From Candidatus Latescibacterota bacterium (GTDB taxonomy: Bacteria > Latescibacterota > UBA2968 > UBA8231), in contig OZ242214.1 in the NCBI GenBank assembly GCA_965206595.1, forward strand, positions 4,384,001 through 4,448,000: 64,000 nt of DNA, in the 5' to 3' direction. The notes under the pieces are model-generated. The model worked only from the letters and a program-made list of their open reading frames with translations. It was not told the DNA's origin and made no database searches. Of the stretch, positions 60,245 through 64,000 are shown piece by piece. The position numbers and the translations under genes were made by a program. How positions within the stretch are numbered: position 1 is the first letter of the stretch; the number at the start of each line of letters is the position of its first letter.

Positions 60245-61261
60245 CTACGGGATGAGGACTGCTTTCGCCGTAGTCTTTGCGATCGACGCCTCGAAGGCGG
60301 CCAGCGCCTCTCCGAGGGGGTAGGTCTCGACCAGCTGCTCGACAGGGATGTCCCCGGCGGCGAGGTGGGCCATCGCCTGCTCGTAGTCCTCCCGCGTCGA
60401 CCCGAAGGAGGTGTGCAGGCGCTGCTCGCGGCGCACGAGGTCGGTCGCCGGCAACGGGACCGGCGCCGGATAGGTGGCGACCACCCCGATCATGCCGCCC
60501 GGCCTGACCGCCTCCGAAGCCGCGGCCAGGGCCCCTGGGGCACCCGAGGCCTCGATCAGGATGTCGACCGGCTCCGGGAGCTGCCGCGCCAGCGGCGCAT
60601 CTTCGCCGACCAGGACGGCCGCCATGCCGAGGTAGCGCGCCTTGCGCAGCCGCACCTCTGCGTCGGGGGCGATGCCGGTAACCGTTACCTCCGCCCCGCA
60701 GGCCCTGGCGACGAGGGCGCACAGCAGCCCGATGATGCCGCAGCCGGAGACCACCACCGTATCGCCGCCGCCGGCCTCGCACCCCTTCCGCACGCAGCGG
60801 CAGGCCACCGCCAGCGGCTCGATCAGGGCCCCCTCGAGATGGCTGAGGCCATCGCGCAGCGGCACGGCGAAAGCGGCGTCGACGAGGCAGTACTCGGCCA
60901 TGGCCCCAGGCATGCTCAACCCCAGTATGGCGCGGTCCGGACACTGCTGGGTGTTGCCGGCTCGGCACGGGTCGCAGCGGCCGCACCCCTGGACCGACAG
61001 GGCGCTGACCCGCTGCCCCGACTCCCACCCCTTCACGCCGGTACCGGCCGCGTCCACCACCCCCGAGAACTCGTGGCCGAGAATCAGCGGCCGCGGCACC
61101 CAGTCGAAGTTCGGTTTGGCCAGGGCCGCTGAGACGTCGGAGCCGCAGATGCCCACGGTGCGGACCGCGAGGCGGAGCTGGCCGGGTCCGGGCTGCGGCA
61201 CCGGCGCCTCGACCAGGGCGAGGTCCCCGGCCTTGTGGGACCGCATCGACAGCGCCTTCAC
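60245..61261 (-). CDS. Zinc-binding (MDR) alcohol dehydrogenase
   Basis: GICGSD, LGHE, CGRCDPC and GCGIIG. Confidence 0.93.
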   Translation of the reverse strand: MKALSMRSHKAGDLALVEAPVPQPGPGQLRLAVRTVGICGSDVSAALAKPNFDWVPRPLILGHEFSGVVDAAGTGVKGWESGQRVSALSVQGCGRCDPCRAGNTQQCPDRAILGLSMPGAMAEYCLVDAAFAVPLRDGLSHLEGALIEPLAVACRCVRKGCEAGGGDTVVVSGCGIIGLLCALVARACGAEVTVTGIAPDAEVRLRKARYLGMAAVLVGEDAPLARQLPEPVDILIEASGAPGALAAASEAVRPGGMIGVVATYPAPVPLPATDLVRREQRLHTSFGSTREDYEQAMAHLAAGDIPVEQLVETYPLGEALAAFEASIAKTTAKAVLIP

Positions 61262-61280
61262 GGTTCTGCCCCGAACGGGA

Positions 61281-63395
61281 TCAGTCCGGCAGCCGCAGGG
61301 CGCGGACGCGGTTGTTGCCGAAATCGCTGATCAGCAGGATGTGGGAATCGAAGAAGCAGAGGGCGTTCGGTTCGTTGAGCCGCGCCGCGGTACCCTGCTC
61401 GCCGTCGGCGCACTCCCCCGGCTCGCCGCAGCCGGCCACGGTCCGCAGGCGCCCGTCGGCGCCGACGCGGCGCACGCAGTGGTTGTTGGTGTCGGAGAAG
61501 TAGAGACTTCCGTCGATGCCGACGGCGACCCCGGACGGCTCGTCGATGCGGGCTTCGGTTGCCCTCGTTCCGTCGGGAGAGAACCCCGGCTCCCCGCAGC
61601 CGGCCACCGTGTCGATGACGCCGTCGGCGTCGACCTTGCGGATCGCGTGCCGCCTGCTGTCGGCGAAGAACAGGGCCCCGTCCGGGCCGAAGCAGAGCGC
61701 CTCCGGCTGGTGAATGCGGGCATTGGCCGCGGGTCCGCCGTCTCCGGAGTACCCGGGAAGTCCGATCCCCGCCACGGTGGTGATGATGCCGCTGTCGGCG
61801 TCGACCCTGCGGATGCGGCCGACCGCGTCGCCGATGTAGAGGTCGCCGTTCGACCCGTGGGCGACCGAGGCGATTTGCACGAAGCAGGCGCTGACCGCGA
61901 GGGCGCCGTCCCCCTTGTCCCACTCCTGCCCGGTGCCGGCGACGACGCGGATGATGCCGTCGGCGTCGACGCGGCGAACGTGCGAGTGGCGGGTGTCGGC
62001 GATGACGACGCGGCCCTCCGGGTCGACGGAGACGTCGTGGGGGTTGCCGAGGTAGGCCTCGGTGGCCGGGCCGTTGTCGCCGCCGTAGGCGCGGGCGCCG
62101 TTTCCCGCAGCGGTGCGGATGATCCCGGTGGCCGGCTCGACTACGCGGATGCGCTGGTTCCAGGCGTCGGCGAGGTAGATGCGCCCGTCCGGGGCGACGT
62201 CGATGCCGGCTATGCCGTTGATGTACCCCTCGGTGGCGACCTCGCCGTCGTGCACGTGGGTGCCGCCGAGCACGGTGGTGACGATGCCGGTGGCGCCGTC
62301 GCAGCGGCGCGTGCGTCCGGAGCAGTCACCCCAGTAGACCGAGCCGTCGGGATCGGCCCAGATCCCCGCTTCGACGGAGTTGCAGTGGGTCTCGGTGCCG
62401 GGCAGCCCCTCCTCGCCGAAACCGGGACAGCCGTTGCCGACCAGAGTGGTGACGATGCCGGTGTTGGCCTCCACCTTGCGGATGCGGAAACCGTACTTCT
62501 CGCCGACGTAGAGGTTGTCGCCGGCGTCGAAGCAGATGGCGTCCGGCATCAGGGTGCTCGCCTCGACCGCGGAGCCGCCGTCGCCGTTGGAAGCGCGCTG
62601 CCCGTTGCCGAGGACGGTGGTGACGACCCCGGTCTTCATGTCGATCCGGCGGATGCGGTCGTTGGAGTTGTCGCAGACGTAGAGGTCCCCCTGCGAGTCC
62701 AAGGCGAGGTGCTCCGGGTGGTGGAAGCCGGCCTCCGCCGCGGGGCCGCCGTCGCCGTGGTAGCCGCCGAGGCTGATTCCCGGGCCGCCGGCCGGCCGGC
62801 TGTCCCCCTTCTCCGAGGGGTAGTGGCGCGCGTCGAGGCCGGCGAAGCGCTCGATGATGCCGGTCCGGGCGTCGACGCGGCGGATGTTGTCGGCCCACTC
62901 GCTCGAGAGGTAGAGGTCGCCGTTGGCTGCCACGGCGATGCCGCAGGTGGTGTCCATCTCGGCGTCCACCGCCGGACCGCCGTCGCCGCCGCGGCCGACC
63001 TTGCCGCTGCCGGCGACCCGGGTGACGATGCCGGTTGCGGCGTCGATGCGACGGTAGACCTGGTTGCCGAGGTCGGACAGGTAGAGGTTGCCCTGACTGT
63101 CGATGGCGAGGTCGTGGGGGTTGTTGAAGCGGGCGGCTTCCGCGGGGCCGCCGTCGCCGCTCAGGCCGCGGATGCCGTCGCCGGCGAAGTTGTGCAGGAT
63201 GCCATCGGCGTCGATGCGGTAGAGGCGGTGCCACTGGTAGTCGACGACGATGAGGTCGCCGTCCGGGCGGCGGCCGACGCCCAGGGTCCAGCCAGCGTCG
63301 GCGTCGCGCGCCGGGATGCCTTCGCGAAAGCCCGTCCCGGCGATGCGGACGACGGCCCCGGGGGCCAGGCGGCCAAACAATTTTAGAAGGTTCAT
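61281..63395 (-). CDS. NHL-repeat (teneurin-like) beta-propeller protein
   Basis: About 12 repeats of RIRRID...GI(I/V)TT(V)AG.G..G..GDGGPA; ATG at 63395. Confidence 0.9.
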   Translation of the reverse strand: MNLLKLFGRLAPGAVVRIAGTGFREGIPARDADAGWTLGVGRRPDGDLIVVDYQWHRLYRIDADGILHNFAGDGIRGLSGDGGPAEAARFNNPHDLAIDSQGNLYLSDLGNQVYRRIDAATGIVTRVAGSGKVGRGGDGGPAVDAEMDTTCGIAVAANGDLYLSSEWADNIRRVDARTGIIERFAGLDARHYPSEKGDSRPAGGPGISLGGYHGDGGPAAEAGFHHPEHLALDSQGDLYVCDNSNDRIRRIDMKTGVVTTVLGNGQRASNGDGGSAVEASTLMPDAICFDAGDNLYVGEKYGFRIRKVEANTGIVTTLVGNGCPGFGEEGLPGTETHCNSVEAGIWADPDGSVYWGDCSGRTRRCDGATGIVTTVLGGTHVHDGEVATEGYINGIAGIDVAPDGRIYLADAWNQRIRVVEPATGIIRTAAGNGARAYGGDNGPATEAYLGNPHDVSVDPEGRVVIADTRHSHVRRVDADGIIRVVAGTGQEWDKGDGALAVSACFVQIASVAHGSNGDLYIGDAVGRIRRVDADSGIITTVAGIGLPGYSGDGGPAANARIHQPEALCFGPDGALFFADSRRHAIRKVDADGVIDTVAGCGEPGFSPDGTRATEARIDEPSGVAVGIDGSLYFSDTNNHCVRRVGADGRLRTVAGCGEPGECADGEQGTAARLNEPNALCFFDSHILLISDFGNNRVRALRLPD

Positions 63396-63397
63396 GG

Positions 63398-64000
63398 TCA
63401 CTCCGGTACGATCGGGTGAGTTCGGTCCTGGGGAGTCAGGGGCTCGCCGCCCCCCTCGGCGACCACGAATGAGCACTCGACCTGGAGGGAGAAAGCGCCC
63501 GGGGTGAACAGGCCGGCCTCGAGGGAGAACACCATGCCGGCTTCCAGCGGCAGGTCGGAGGGCTCGTCGACGCAGTCGTCGCGGATGCGCAGCCCGTTGT
63601 CGGGCACCAGGATCGGGTAGTCACGGACCTCGAGGCCGATGCCGTGGCCGTGGGGAAACGAACCGGTGATTCCGCGCCCCTCCAGCAGGCCGCTCATGGC
63701 CGCGGCGACGCTCGAAGCCTTCGCCCCGGCGCGGGCGGCCTCGGCGCCGGCGGCGACCGAGTCGCGCAGCCCCTCGTAGCGGGCGCGGTTCTCCGCGCCC
63801 GGCTCGCGCAGCGCCAGGGTCTGGCCGCTGTCGGAGCAGTAGTAGTCGAAGACGCAACCGTAGTCGGTGTAGAGCAGGTCGTCCTCGAGGAGGGTAACGT
63901 CTGGTTCGGTGGAGAGACCGAGGCCGCGGACGCAGACCGCGAAGTGGTCGAGATCCGCCCCTTCCTGCGCCACCAGGGCGCGGTATTCGGCCACCATCTC
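63398..64000 (-). CDS. M24 / Xaa-Pro peptidase family protein (5' end outside the window)
   Basis: DYGC...SDSG, HGHGIGLEVRD and GMVFSLE. Confidence 0.85.
   Translation of the reverse strand, partial: EMVAEYRALVAQEGADLDHFAVCVRGLGLSTEPDVTLLEDDLLYTDYGCVFDYYCSDSGQTLALREPGAENRARYEGLRDSVAAGAEAARAGAKASSVAAAMSGLLEGRGITGSFPHGHGIGLEVRDYPILVPDNGLRIRDDCVDEPSDLPLEAGMVFSLEAGLFTPGAFSLQVECSFVVAEGGGEPLTPQDRTHPIVPE

Noticed and set aside
60642-63386. 914-aa plus-strand ORF
   Set aside because: Antisense mirror of the NHL-repeat and dehydrogenase genes.

Overview
Bacterial window with a GC-rich metabolic backbone interrupted by visibly lower-GC accessory blocks. The gene content (PhyH dioxygenases, LLM oxidoreductase, HpcH aldolases, NHL-repeat and GPP34 proteins, and a large Ig-repeat/EF-hand/FlgD-Ig surface protein) resembles host-associated Latescibacterota/Gemmatimonadota/Poribacteria-type genomes; this is inference. 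1-19.1 kb is a minus-strand defence island: a coupled pair of STAND-like ATPases (one with TPRs), an ABC-ATPase plus TOPRIM-like pair, hsdM, an AlbA/Schlafen-HATPase protein, MNT/HEPN, MazEF, a HEPN RNase whose MNT partner is fused to HsdS, a YafO-like protein, FRG-TPR and a DUF6978 plus DUF1828/1829 pair. These genes are interleaved with short scars (hsdR heads, an hsdS tail, MNT, mazEF and IS3 remnants). No full hsdR is in the window. 19.1-27.7 kb is a Co-type nitrile hydratase operon: the beta subunit is 5'-truncated and the accessory gene is split by a ~7 kb low-GC block with two HEPN-like genes and many gene fragments. 27.8-64 kb is mostly catabolic and transport genes, plus a small second islet (broken hicAB, ATPase-nuclease plus HExxH peptidase). 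No rRNA, tRNA or CRISPR array was seen. The best candidates for undescribed systems are the HEPN plus MNT-HsdS fusion, the effector-less double-STAND/TPR operon, and the hsd-fragment-bounded cargo array. All family calls come from motif recognition by eye, not database searches.
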